From positions 248 to 64,247 of the forward strand of contig NIVC01003366.1 of assembly GCA_002269645.1 (NCBI GenBank): a stretch of DNA of 64,000 nucleotides. Direction: 5' to 3'. Made by a program: the position numbers and the translations under genes. Positions within the stretch are counted from its first letter, which is position 1, and the number at the start of each line of letters is the position of its first letter. Origin of the DNA: Macrostomum lignano (Eukaryota). Of this stretch, positions 32,895 through 44,866 are shown in pieces. The notes below the pieces were generated by a model. The model did not search any database, was not told the DNA's origin, and saw only the letters and a program-made list of their open reading frames with translations.

Positions 32895-35800
32895 GCCAGG
32901 ATTTCCAAGAATTAAAGGAGATGATCGGAATTTCCAAGAATTAAAGGAGACGATTAGGATTTCCAAGAATTAAAGGAGATGATTAGGATTTCCAAGAATT
33001 AAAGGAGACGATTAGGATTTCCAAGAATTAAAGGAGACGATTAGGATTTCCAAGAATTAAAGGAGACGATTAGGATTTCCAAGAATTAAAGGAGACGATT
33101 AGGATTTCCAAGAATTAAAGGAGACGATTAGGATTTCCAAGAATTAAAGGAGACGATTAGGATTTCCAAGAATTAAAGGAGACGATTAGGATTTCCAAGA
33201 ATTAAAGGAGACGATTAGGATTTCCAAGAATTAAAGGAGACGATTAGGATTTCCAAGAATTAAAGGAGACGATTAGGATTTCCAAGAATTAAAGGAGACG
33301 ATTAGGATTTCCAAGAATTAAAGGAGATGATTAGGATTTCCAAGAATTAAAGGAGACGATTAGGATTTCCAAGAATTAAAGGAGACGATTAGGATTTCCA
33401 AGAATTAAAGGAGACGATTAGGATTTCCAAGAATTAAAGGAGACGATTAGGATTTCCAAGAATTAAAGGAGACGATTAGGATTTCCAAGAATTAAAGGAG
33501 ACGCTTAGGATTTCCAAGAATTAAAGGAGACGATTAGGATTTCCAAGAATTAAAGGAGACGATTAGGATTTCCAAGAATTAAAGGAGACGATTAGGATTT
33601 CCAAGAATTAAAGGAGACGATTAGGATTTCCAAGAATTAAAGGAGACGATTAGGATTTCCAAGAATTAAAGGAGACGATTAGGATTTCCAAGAATTAAAG
33701 GAGACGATTAGGATTTCCAAGAATTAAAGGAGACGCTTAGGATTTCCAAGAATTAAAGGAGACGATTAGGATTTCCAAGAATTAAAGGAGATGATTAGGA
33801 TTTCCAAGAATTAAAGGAGACGATTAGGATTTCCAAGAATTAAAGGAGACGATTAGGATTTCCAAGAATTAAAGGAGACGATTAGGATTTCCAAGAATTA
33901 AAGGAGACGATTAGGATTTCCAAGAATTAAAGGAGACGATTAGGATTTCCAAGAATTAAAGGAGACGATTAGGATTTCCAAGAATTAAAGGAGACGATTA
34001 GGATTTCCAAGAATTAAAGGACACGATTAGGATTTCCAAGAATTAAAGGAGATGATCAGGATTTCCAAGAATTAAAGGAGACGATTAGGATTTCCAAGAA
34101 TTAAAGGAGATGATTAGGATTTCCAAGAATTAAAGGAGACGATTAGGATTTCCAAGAATTAAAGGAGATGATTAGGATTTCCAAGAATTAAAGGAGATGA
34201 TTAGGATTTCCAAGAATTAAAGGAGATTATCGGAATTTCCAAGAATTAAAGGAGACGATTAGGATTTCCAAGAATTAAAGGAGACGATTAGGATTTCCAA
34301 GAATTAAAGGAGACGATTAGGATTTCCAAGAATTAAAGGAGATGATTAGGATTTCCAAGAATTAAAGGAGATTATCGGAATTTCCAAGAATTAAAGGAGA
34401 TGATTAGGATTTCCAAGAATTAAAGGAGATTATCGGAATTTCCAAGAATTAAAGGAGACGATTAGGATTTCCAAGAATTAAAGGAGACGATCAGGATTTC
34501 CAAGAATTAAAGGAGATGATTAGGATTTCCAAGAATTAAAGGAGACGATTAGGATTTCCAAGAATTAAAGGAGACGATCAGGATTTCCAAGAATTAAAGG
34601 AGACGATTAGGATTTCCAAGAATTAAAGGAGACGATTAGGATTTCCAAGAATTAAAGGAGACGATTAGGATTTCCAAGAATTAAAGGAGATGATTAGGAT
34701 TTCCAAGAATTAAAGGAGACGATCAGGATTTCCAAGAATTAAAGGAGACGATTAGGATTTCCAAGAATTAAAGGAGATTATCGGAATTTCCAAGAATTAA
34801 AGGAGACGATTAGGATTTCCAAGAATTAAAGGAGACGATTAGGATTTCCAAGAATTAAAGGAGACGATTAGGATTTCCAAGAATTAAAGGAGATGATTAG
34901 GATTTCCAAGAATTAAAGGAGACGATTAGGATTTCCAAGAATTAAAGGAGACGATTAGGATTTCCAAGAATTAAAGGAGACGATTAGGATTTCCAAGAAT
35001 TAAAGGAGACGATTAGGATTTCCAAGAATTAAAGGAGACGATTAGGATTTCCAAGAATTAAAGGAGATGATTAGGATTTCCAAGAATTAAAGGAGACGAT
35101 TAGGATTTCCAAGAATTAAAGGAGATGATTAGGATTTCCAAGAATTAAAGGAGACGATTAGGATTTCCAAGAATTAAAGGAGACGATTAGGATTTCCAAG
35201 AATTAAAGGAGACGATTAGGATTTCCAAGAATTAAAGGAGACGATTAGGATTTCCAAGAATTAAAGGAGACGATTAGGATTTCCAAGAATTAAAGGAGAC
35301 GATTAGGATTTCCAAGAATTAAAGGAGATGATTAGGATTTCCAAGAATTAAATGAGATTATCGGAATTTCCAAGAATTAAAGGAGATGATTAGGATTTCC
35401 AAGAATTAAAGGAGATTATCGGAATTTCCAAGAATTAAAGGAGACGATTAGGATTTCCAAGAATTAAAGGAGACGATCAGGATTTCCAAGAATTAAAGGA
35501 GATGATTAGGATTTCCAAGAATTAAAGGAGACGATTAGGATTTCCAAGAATTAAAGGAGACGATCAGGATTTCCAAGAATTAAAGGAGATGATTAGGATT
35601 TCCAAGAATTAAAGGAGACGATCAGGATTTCCAAGAATTAAAGGAGACGATTAGGATTTCCAAGAATTAAAGGAGATTATCGGAATTTCCAAGAATTAAA
35701 GGAGACGATTAGGATTTCCAAGAATTAAAGGAGACGATTAGGATTTCCAAGAATTAAAGGAGACGATTAGGATTTCCAAGAATTAAAGGAGATGATTAGG

Positions 35801-36260
35801 ATTTCCAAGAATTAAAGGAGACGATTAGGATTTCCAAGAATTAAAGGAGACGATTAGGATTTCCAAGAATTAAAGGAGACGATTAGGATTTCCAAGAATT
35901 AAAGGAGATGATTAGGATTTCCAAGAATTAAAGGAGACGATTAGGATTTCCAAGAATTAAAGGAGACGATTAGGATTTCCAAGAATTAAAGGAGACGATT
36001 AGGATTTCCAAGAATTAAAGGAGATGATTAGGATTTCCAAGAATTAAAGGAGACGATTAGGATTTCCAAGAATTAAAGGAGACGATTAGGATTTCCAAGA
36101 ATTAAAGGAGATGATTAGGATTTCCAAGAATTAAAGGAGACGATTAGGATTTCCAAGAATTAAAGGAGACGATTAGGATTTCCAAGAATTAAAGGAGACG
36201 ATTAGGATTTCCAAGAATTAAAGGAGACGATTAGGATTTCCAAGAATTAAAGGCGATTAG
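32895..36260 (+). repeat. 29-bp satellite ttaggatttccaagaattaaaggagacga (~115 copies)
   Basis: Highly homogeneous tandem array with no ORF in any frame; flanks are degenerate copies. Confidence 0.98.
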
Positions 36261-36888
36261 GATTTTCAGTTAGATAACTAAGATACGATCAGGATTTCTT
36301 AGAAGCAAGGATGATGAGGATATTGAAGAATCAAAAACGGCCAGGATTTCCGAGAAAAAAAGACGTTCAAATTTTCCAAGAATAGAATACAATCAGGATT
36401 TTCAGGAACCAGAGACGAACCGAATTCCCTATAGAAACACCAAAAAGATCAAGGTTTCATATTTTAATAGAAACAATTAAGACAATCAGAATTTCTAAAA
36501 GAAACAAAAACGCGAGGATAAAAGTTGAGATTACTGGGATATTCAACTATAACGATTTCAGGAATCCGGGGATTGGAGTTTGCAACGAAAATTTATGCAT
36601 GTACATCAGAATAAAACCAGTCAACTTCCGAATAAAGTATGTCTCACCATTTCCGCAAGTCATGCTCCAAATGAATTTTACTGAAGCCAGTAAGTCGGCC
36701 ACCATTTTGATTAAGATTCCGACTCAAGCAATGGGGATAATCCTGGGGAACTCGAAATTGTCGGGATGAGTTGGGAATCTAATAATTTGGGATCTGAAGC
36801 AGATTATATCTGAGCTTGGATTGAGAGATAATTCATGCAGCAAAAGCAAATGTGTAAAAGTTGTTAGAAAAAATCACTTTATTTTTAT

Positions 36889-37356
36889 CAGGGCCAGCAA
36901 TCATTGAGATTAAAATCTCATGGCGAGTTGAATTAAAAATCTGGTTAGTGACTTCGGCTAGTGAAGTCTCAGCAATCCAAATTTGAGTGTGACAGTTCTC
37001 CTAAACTAATTGAATTCCATTAACTTAAACTACTAAAAAACACGCTCCCCGACATGATCCCCGACTCCCCTGGTGCCTGACAACTGTAAAATTTGTCACC
37101 TCGTTTGAGCATCCAAAGCGTGCGGGTTTGGTTATGTCTATGGCAAAATCTCATTTAATCCAAATCTGAAGATCCTTTGAAACTCCACAATAGCAATCCG
37201 ACCCGATCAGCGCTTCATTCATTTCTCATCTTATCTCAACTCTCCTCTTCATCTTCTCTCCCATCCAACCTTATTCCTCACATCTATCATGATCGAGCTA
37301 CACGTACTAGATTCTTTATCTGGCTCTTTAGAATAAAAATGATTGCCGACCCCCTG
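36889..37356. mobile_element. Degenerate copy related to the hAT MITE at 52063
   Basis: Shares cacaatagcaatccg.cccg followed by a CT-rich tract; right end ttgccgaccccctg; left end uncertain. Confidence 0.35.
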
Positions 37357-37933
37357 TGATAGATTAGCGATCCAGTTTTTTAGGGGGTCGAAATTCACAC
37401 GAACGAAGCATCACGATACCGACACATCGCAGATTGTAAAACTGCTGACACATTGTTATGTTAAATTTTTTTTTCAATTTTTTTGAGCATATGTCATACT
37501 ACTGTATAAATTGTAAATCTTCATCAAATAATTTCGATCTTGTGGTATGTCTTCCAAACTTGGTCTATAAGTAAAAGTCTCCCGACAAATCCTGAATGAA
37601 GAGGAGAGGGAGTCGGGAGAGGGTGGTGTGGACAGACTTAAAAAAATTTGAATGAGGCAGGAGTGCAACTTGCCTGATCTGTGACCTGAGGAGTGCAAAG
37701 ACGTGATCTGTTTCGCGTCAAATATTATTGTATATTGTGCATCGCATGCATCAAATATACACAGTGTTTACCCTTTGTTCGTGTTGCTCTGTTGCTGCAC
37801 CGTAAGTTCTTTTTATGTTCTCTGTATTTTTGGCCATACTATGCGTTTCTGTGGCCTATAAGCCAATCGTTTCTTTGGCCCGGCCAAAGAACTGAAAAAG
37901 CATTGAACCATAGACAGACACGGCTGGGGCCCG

Positions 37934-38451
37934 GGGTCGCTTTCACAAGCCCTAAATTTTTCACAACGTCGCAAGACACAAACTTTCATAAGCTCTAAAT
38001 TTCATAAACTCTAATTTTCACATCGTCGAAAAGTTGTGCACAGTATTTCATAAGCTCTAAATTTCACAAGACCTAAATTTCACAACGCCTAAAAACACTA
38101 TGGAGATACAATCTTTCAGACGTGCTTTTAGGCGTTGTGAAATTTAGGTCTTGTGAAAGATTCTATCTCCATAGTGTTTTTAGGCGTTGTGAAATTTAGG
38201 TCTTGTGAAAGATTCTATCTCCATAGTGTTTTTAGGCGTTGTGATATTTAGGGTTTGTGAAATTTAGGGTTTGTGAAATTTAGGGCTTTTGAAATTCTGT
38301 GCATGCCTTTTAGGTGTTATGAAATTTAGGTCTTGTGAAATCTGCTGCATTGCTTATTTTCGACGTTGTGAAAATTAGGGTTTATGTAATATAGGTCTTA
38401 TGAAAGGTTCTGGTTTCGACGTTGTGAAAATTAGGGTTTGTGAAACGACCC
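37934..38451. mobile_element. MITE-like foldback element with internal ttagggtttgtgaaa-type repeats
   Basis: ~38-bp imperfect inverted termini (gggtcgctttcacaagccctaa... / ...ttagggtttgtgaaacgaccc); internal inverted and tandem subrepeats. Confidence 0.6.
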
Positions 38452-38456
38452 TCCCT

Positions 38457-40238
38457 CCAAGGACAACTTGATAACTCAGGACCGGAAACGAGCCAATTCA
38501 TGGCGAAAAAAGTGAGGCTCGTTTAAAAGCATTGTTCTATGGCCCATCCAAAGCTACGAAAGCGAAGAAATCTGAGCTGAAAATTGAGTTCTTCGCATGC
38601 ACTTGCAATTGAGAGAGAAAACTTTTATTCTTACTGAAACTAAATATCATGCCGATAAAATGCAGCGTCATTTTCTGTTGTGCAAACTACAATAGTAACC
38701 GTGATCGGAATGTTGCAGTATTTTCGTTTCCTAAAGATGCAACTGAACGAGAGGCTTGGCGACTGTCTCTACAGAAAAATACTGAAGCTGAGTGGACAGT
38801 GAGCGAGCCTGGAGCAAACACTTCACTATTTATCATAGTCAGCTCTTGTCCCGTTCTGACTGTTATTTTCCTCTCTGTTTGTAGTTCAGATGAAAAAAGA
38901 ATCGTAAATTTTTCTCGAGTTCCTTATACATGTGCTGCATGTACAGCTTTCCCATTGTGTATTTTCACGACGTTTACTTTTTGTGATAAAACTATTCAAC
39001 ATTTAAGAAAACCGACCCTGCACCCGCCTTCTGACTGCCTATCAAAAAGTCAAATATGATAAGAGTTTACATAGGCAACTGAAAGCATGCGCATACGGAT
39101 GGGCCATAGAACAATGGTAGATTGTATAGTATGCAACTGAGTTGAATAATGGCCAAAACTCGAGTGCGCGTAGCGCAAACTGCGGCTTTGTGGTCTATGG
39201 CCATTATTCAACTCAGTTGCATACTATACAAGTGCATTGTATTTATACTTTCACTCAGCGCTCAGTCATTATTCCACACTTTCTATCATGCTTCAATTGG
39301 CTGTTTTAAGAGTTGTTTTACCCATAGACGACTGAGTTGTGTGGCTTAGTTTGACCATAGACAACACTGTGATGAGTGCTGATTTTGCTTGCGTCTTGCA
39401 AGAAATCAGGAAAGCGAGTAGTGGGAGAAAAAGCTATTTGTCTTGTCAAACAACTATGGCTAGTGCATCTCGTCAAACAGCCGCGCTTATTAATTGAAAA
39501 AATCTTCCTGTCGACGACTGAACGAACCGTGCGGCGCTACCTAGGAAGAAAACGCGACCATGCAGTCTTCAACGCCTCGACGGCTATAAACGATGCCTGA
39601 AAGCGGCCAATCGATTCAGTCGAGCAGCCGACAGTCCCAAAGAATCCCAGCTTGGATACTGCGGTACCAAAGAAGCTCATCAGACGCATGCCAACTTAAC
39701 CAAGTCGTGCATCTTTCAAATGGTAAGTTCGGCAACTATACTTGAGCACCTGTATTTCTCTTTCATAGAAAACATTCAACATAGACCAACTCCTTTTGCA
39801 GTGCCAAATCATCAGGCTAAAGTGTCGAGCATCTTTGGAAACTGCGGCTTTGAGAACTGTGTATGCTTCACTTTGGGTGACAAATTGATTTTTACATTGT
39901 CAAATTTCGACTACAAACTGATGAACTGCACTAGCTGTGACATTTATTATTAACTCTTTTCGTGTAGCTGGTACTTTAGTTTTAATGATTTATCCTTTTT
40001 GTTCATTTACTTCTTGTTTTTCTGTATTTATTAACAAAAATACTGAGCGATGGATTTTTTCAATCCAAATGTCTATGGATTGAAAGAGTTTCACACATCA
40101 AAACTGTGGAATAATGGCCAAAATATTTTTTCATTGCGTCTGGGTAAAAGTATAATTACAATGCTTTTAAACGAGCCTCATACTTTTTTCGCCATGAATT
40201 GGCTCGTTTCCGGTCCTGAGTTATCAAGTTGTCCTTGG
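38457..40238 (+). mobile_element. Non-autonomous DNA transposon with ~80-bp TIRs and a decayed THAP-domain ORF (P-element-like; superfamily uncertain)
   Basis: 38457-38535 and 40158-40238 are inverted copies differing by one 2-bp indel. ORF 38649 reads MPIKCSVIFCCANY...VFSFPKD...EAW; SKHF follows in a shifted frame. No clean TSD. Confidence 0.75.
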
Positions 40239-40679
40239 CCCAGCCGAGTGGGGAAGAAGTATATTCTTTCCGTTTCTTTCTATGGCCCAAAGTCCCTGGC
40301 TTCGAGCTCGCCTATAGGCCAAGGAGTTCTATAATTAGCAATAGCCCGGCCAAGTAACAATTAAGCTCTCGCCTCTGAGCCGGGAAATTCGGCCCAGAAG
40401 AGAGAAAAAGCGGAAAGAACTTATACTTCTGCCACAGTTAACCAGGGAACACATGGAGGCTGAAATGGAGACGGAACAGAAAAAGACGGAACTTGATTCT
40501 CGATTGGCCTTCATTGATTCCCATCAGTTTCTTCTAAATCTGTTGGAAAATAGGAGCTTTCTGCATCAAAACATTTCGAAGTTTTCGGGAACCTTTCCGC
40601 CTAAGTTATTCAGCATTAAAACGAGACCAACATTGTCGAAATCGGTTCTGCTATTCCTATTTTTTTTGCATAGCATCTA

Positions 40680-41165
40680 TGGGTCTATCGGTATCTGTCT
40701 ACCTGTCCCTACCTCTCCATGTCTCTACTTCTGTCTGTATCTACCTCTCTGTCCATCTCTACCTCTCTGTCTATCCGTCCCTACTTCTCTGTCTATCTGT
40801 ATCTACCTCTCTGTCTATGTCTCTACCTCTCTGTCTATGTCTCTACATCTCTGTCTGTCTCTATCTCTCTGTCTATGTCTCTACCTCTCTGTCTATGTCT
40901 CCACCTCTCTGTCTATGTCTCTACCTCTCTGTCTATGTCTCTACCTCTCTGTCTATGTCTCTACCTCTCTGTCTGTCTCCACCTCTCTGTCTGTCTCTAC
41001 CTCTCTGTCTATGTCTCTACCTCTCTGTCTGTCTCTACCTCTCTGTCTATGTCTCCACCTCTCTGTCTATGTCTCTACCTCTCTGTCTATCTCTCTGTCT
41101 ATGTCTCTACCTCTCTGTCTATGTCTCTACATCTCTGTCTGTCTCTACCTCTCTGTATCTACTTA
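40680..41165 (+). repeat. 20-bp CT-rich minisatellite ctacctctctgtctatgtct
   Basis: Tandem copies. Confidence 0.92.
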
Positions 41166-41849
41166 TCTATGTGACAGGTATTTCTCTACCTGTCTGTCGC
41201 CTATTTGTCCTCATGTCTGTTATTGTCTGTTTGTCTTTCAATTCCATATCTGCAAGGTACTTCGTAGAACATGAAGCATTAAAACAACCAGACAGTCCAA
41301 AATTGTTTATAATTTGATTCTAGCACTGCCACCACAAAACGGAAGCAAATAAAGGTTCAATGCACTTTTATATTTATTGGCCAGGCGTTTGTAATTTCTG
41401 TATTTAAACAAAATACAACAAAAGCATGTAGATTAATGGCACAGACATAGGGAATAACAGACCATATATGCGTACTAATTATAGTTACTGAATATTTTAC
41501 ACTTAAGCTGTTAAGTCTTGGGACGCAAGAAATGCTTTGATGACTTAACTGACTTAGACTATAGTAATTAGCATCAAATCATTATACTAAATTGCAAGTT
41601 CAATAAGATAGCTGTATTAAAGAAATGCAAAAAAATAAATATTTTATGTAAACTTGAGCAAGAATAATCTATTGGAGCACATATTTGCAGTTAGCCTGTT
41701 TAGACATAGGAAATGCACCAGACATGCCACTGCACAAGGCATTGAATTTTTACACACTGAAGACTACCAGCATATACCAGACTATTGCGGACCAAAATCT
41801 CTAGCAATAGACAGAGTGAGTCTTATTCAGCTACAAAATACTACAATCT

Positions 41850-42460
41850 CACCCATTAGACAGTGGAGTCTCAACCATTAGAACCTTGAATCTCACCCTT
41901 TAAAACCTTAAATCTCACCCATTAGACAAATGGAATCTCACCTATTAGACATAGACACTAGAATCTCATCCAGTAGACAAATGGAATCTCACCCATTAGA
42001 CACTAGAATCTCACCCATTAGAACCTTGAATCTCACCCATTAGACAAATGGAATCTCACCTATTAGGCATAGACACTAGAATCTCACCCAGTAGACAAAT
42101 GGAATCTCACCTATTAGGCATAGACACTAGAATCTCACCCAGTAGACAAATGGAATCTCACTCATTAGACTCTAGAATCTCACCCATTAGACACCGGAAT
42201 CTCACCCATTAGACACTAAGAATCTCATTAATTAGACACTAAGAATCTCATTAATTAGACACTAGAATCTCACCTACTAGTCACTAGAATCTCACCTATC
42301 AGACACTAGAATCTCACCCATTAGACACTAAGAATCTCACCCATTAGACACTAAGAATCTCATTAATTAGACACTAAGAATCTCACCTATCAGACACTAG
42401 AATCTCACCCATTAGACACCAGAATCTCACCCATAAAAACTACAAACATAAGAATCTCAC
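41850..42460 (+). repeat. ~22-bp minisatellite gaatctcacccattagacacta
   Basis: Degenerate tandem copies just 3' of the Wee1 stop. Confidence 0.88.
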
Positions 42461-42513
42461 GCAACAGTCTGCAAAAGCATGAGTAACCGCTAATTTAAAA
42501 GGTACAGCTGGTG

Positions 42514-43260
42514 TCAAAGAGAGGACAAACTTCTGAGCAGGCAGTCCAGACTCAAGCGCTGCTCAGGATCAGGCCTAATCAACCGCAGCACCAAATTGTA
42601 CATGGAATCCAGCATCGCCTGCGGCTTATCGATGAGTCCACTCTCCAGCAGTCTCAGCTTCTCAGCCTCATCCTCGGCGCTATCCATGGAAGCTGGAATC
42701 CGTCTCCCAGCCGCCTCGATCAGGCACAGGCCAAGCGAGTAATTGTCAACCAGACGAGCATCCGGATGGCGCTGAAGGTCCAGCGCGTCCATCGGCATGA
42801 ACCGGCCAGCGCCATCCTCCAGATTGTCAATATCGCGCCAGTCTCGGGCGTGTCCGAAATCGCCCAGCTTGAAAATCAGTCGGTCAACTCGCGATGCGGC
42901 CAGCCTGGCTAGGGAGGCGCGCCTCGCTAACGGCGCCAGACTCGGCGGCAGGCTGGCGCGCGGCGCCTTCAACAAGATATTGCCAGTGCTGCAGTCCAGA
43001 TGCGCCAAGCCCTCGGAGTGCATAAACTCTAGGGCGCTGCCAATTTCCAAGCCTAATTGACGCTGGCGATGAGGCGGCAGGTGGCGACGCTGCTGAGGCG
43101 CTGACAGGCTGGTGAGCTGCTCGTCTGCCAGGTAGGAGGCCAGACAGAGGCCGTTGCAGAACTCCAGCTGGATGTACAGCCGGTCGAACTGGACCCAGCA
43201 GCCGTAGTAGGACACAATATTGGGATGGTGCTCGCTGAGACTGGCCATGGCCCACAGCTC
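42514..43260 (-). CDS. WEE1: Wee1-family kinase, exon 2 (catalytic C-lobe)
   Basis: ccgcag|GAG acceptor; ELWAMA, HPNIVSYY, LYIQLEFCNG, HLDCSTGNIL, FKLGDFGH, EDGAGRFM, DNYSLGLCLIEAAG; stop at 42516-42514. Confidence 0.85.
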   Translation of the reverse strand, partial: ELWAMASLSEHHPNIVSYYGCWVQFDRLYIQLEFCNGLCLASYLADEQLTSLSAPQQRRHLPPHRQRQLGLEIGSALEFMHSEGLAHLDCSTGNILLKAPRASLPPSLAPLARRASLARLAASRVDRLIFKLGDFGHARDWRDIDNLEDGAGRFMPMDALDLQRHPDARLVDNYSLGLCLIEAAGRRIPASMDSAEDEAEKLRLLESGLIDKPQAMLDSMYNLVLRLIRPDPEQRLSLDCLLRSLSSL

Positions 43261-43600
43261 CTGCGGATATGCGTATGTGAATTATATACCGATATGTATC
43301 GAAAATACAAATTAAATCAACAGTAGCCCAGTGGTCAAGCATGGAGCTTTGATGTCACATTAATTAACGGCCTTGATGGGCAACTCCCAATTCACACTGA
43401 AGTGTACATGCCTATAACGATAAATAAAGTTAGGGCCGCTGTACACTCCTATGTGAGTGTGTGCCTGCTCAGGGGAGTCGGCGGAATGGTCGCCTAAAGT
43501 GTGCCAGTGTGCACACAGCTCCGTTTCTCTAAATAACCACAAAACAAAATCCCCTGGCACTAATAACAATAAGAATTGACAAACAATGACAAATCCTCAC

Positions 43601-44866
43601 CTGAATTCCTTCTCGAGTCTGCGCAGACGCGGTCGGGCCATCTCTATGCTTCCTAGTTTGAGCAGTTTTGATGCAGTAGATGCAGCCATCCAGCCGGTTG
43701 ATAGCGGAGAACACGTAGCCAAAGGAGCCGCTGGCCAGCTGCCTCGTGTTGGCCAGGTCAGTCAAGTCGAATTCCTTCGACAGACGGTCCGAATTCAACA
43801 GTCGCTCGTCCACCACTCGACCCCAGCCGGAGCCGCTGTTGCTGGCGCCGACGGAGTTCGAACTGCTACTAACGGAGGCCGACGGATTGCCGCAGCTCAG
43901 CCGGCGTCGGCCGTCCGGAGTGCAGCGGTTGATGTTGGAACCGGACAGGCGGCTCAGCACGCCTGACTGTCTGTACATTCGGAGCTGAGCAGCTCGCAAT
44001 GTCTGCAACAACTGATCGGAAGCAGACTGGTGCATTGTAGCTGGGGAGGGATGATGCTGCTGCGATGGCGCCACTTGCTGGTGATGCTGGGCCTGCTGAG
44101 CATGACTACGCGTCATCAGATACTTCGGCGGCGGCATCAGCAGAGCGTCGGGGTCGACCGGATTAGCGGGGGCGGCAGCGGCAACAGCTTTGCTATTGTT
44201 ATTTTCGCTTTGTTGCTCGTCATCTTCGTCGAATGTTAAAACTCGATTAACGGCCAGATTGTTGCTTCCAGTTTGCTGCTGCTGCTGTTGCTGCTTTGAG
44301 TAGCCAAGCATGAGCATCTTAGCTGGCGCCGTCTGCAGCTGGTTATTACTAAATCGACGCAACCGTCTGGACAGCATATTTCGCTCCTCGGCGACAATTC
44401 TAAAGAACTGGTTGGCCTGTTCGCGAACCACCGGCAGGTCGCTGCTGCCGCTGCTGCCTCCCACGCTGCAGTCTCCGGCTCCGCCAGCCGCTCCGATGCC
44501 AAGCAAGGAGCCACTGCTAACAGACGATGGAGGCGTTGTTGGAGACGGAGTCGACAAACCGACAGGATTGTTGGCAGCAGCCACTGCCTGCTGATGCTGG
44601 GGCTTGACGCCAGCAGCCTCGCTAACAAGCGATGGTATTCGAGCTTGTCGAACTTGGCGATACCGAAGTCCCAGTGGGGTCGACAGGGCCGGATGATGCA
44701 ACAGGTATTGAGAGTCCAGCTGCTGAGGCGGTGTTGCCGCATCGTCTGCAACACCTACAGCTGCCGCTGATGCCTCTGTTGGTGCAACCGCTTGATCAGC
44801 GTCTGAGAGACAGCAGACCTCCATTTCCATGGAGCAGTGCTGAGATGTGTCATCAGATATGTCCAT
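43601..44866 (-). CDS. WEE1: Wee1-family kinase, exon 1 (disordered regulatory region + N-lobe)
   Basis: LASGSFGYVF Gly loop; NRLDGCIYCIK (Wee1-specific RLDGCIYAIK); several S/T-P sites; first ATG at 44866; donor CAG|gtgagg. Confidence 0.85.

Noticed and set aside
32895-36260. CRISPR-like regular 29-bp repeat
   Set aside because: No unique spacers (units are head-to-tail), no cas genes, eukaryotic context.
36640-36860. Open frame ending at a gtgaga donor on the minus strand, a possible upstream RUNX exon
   Set aside because: No recognisable RUNX similarity; the frame and phase assignment is ambiguous.
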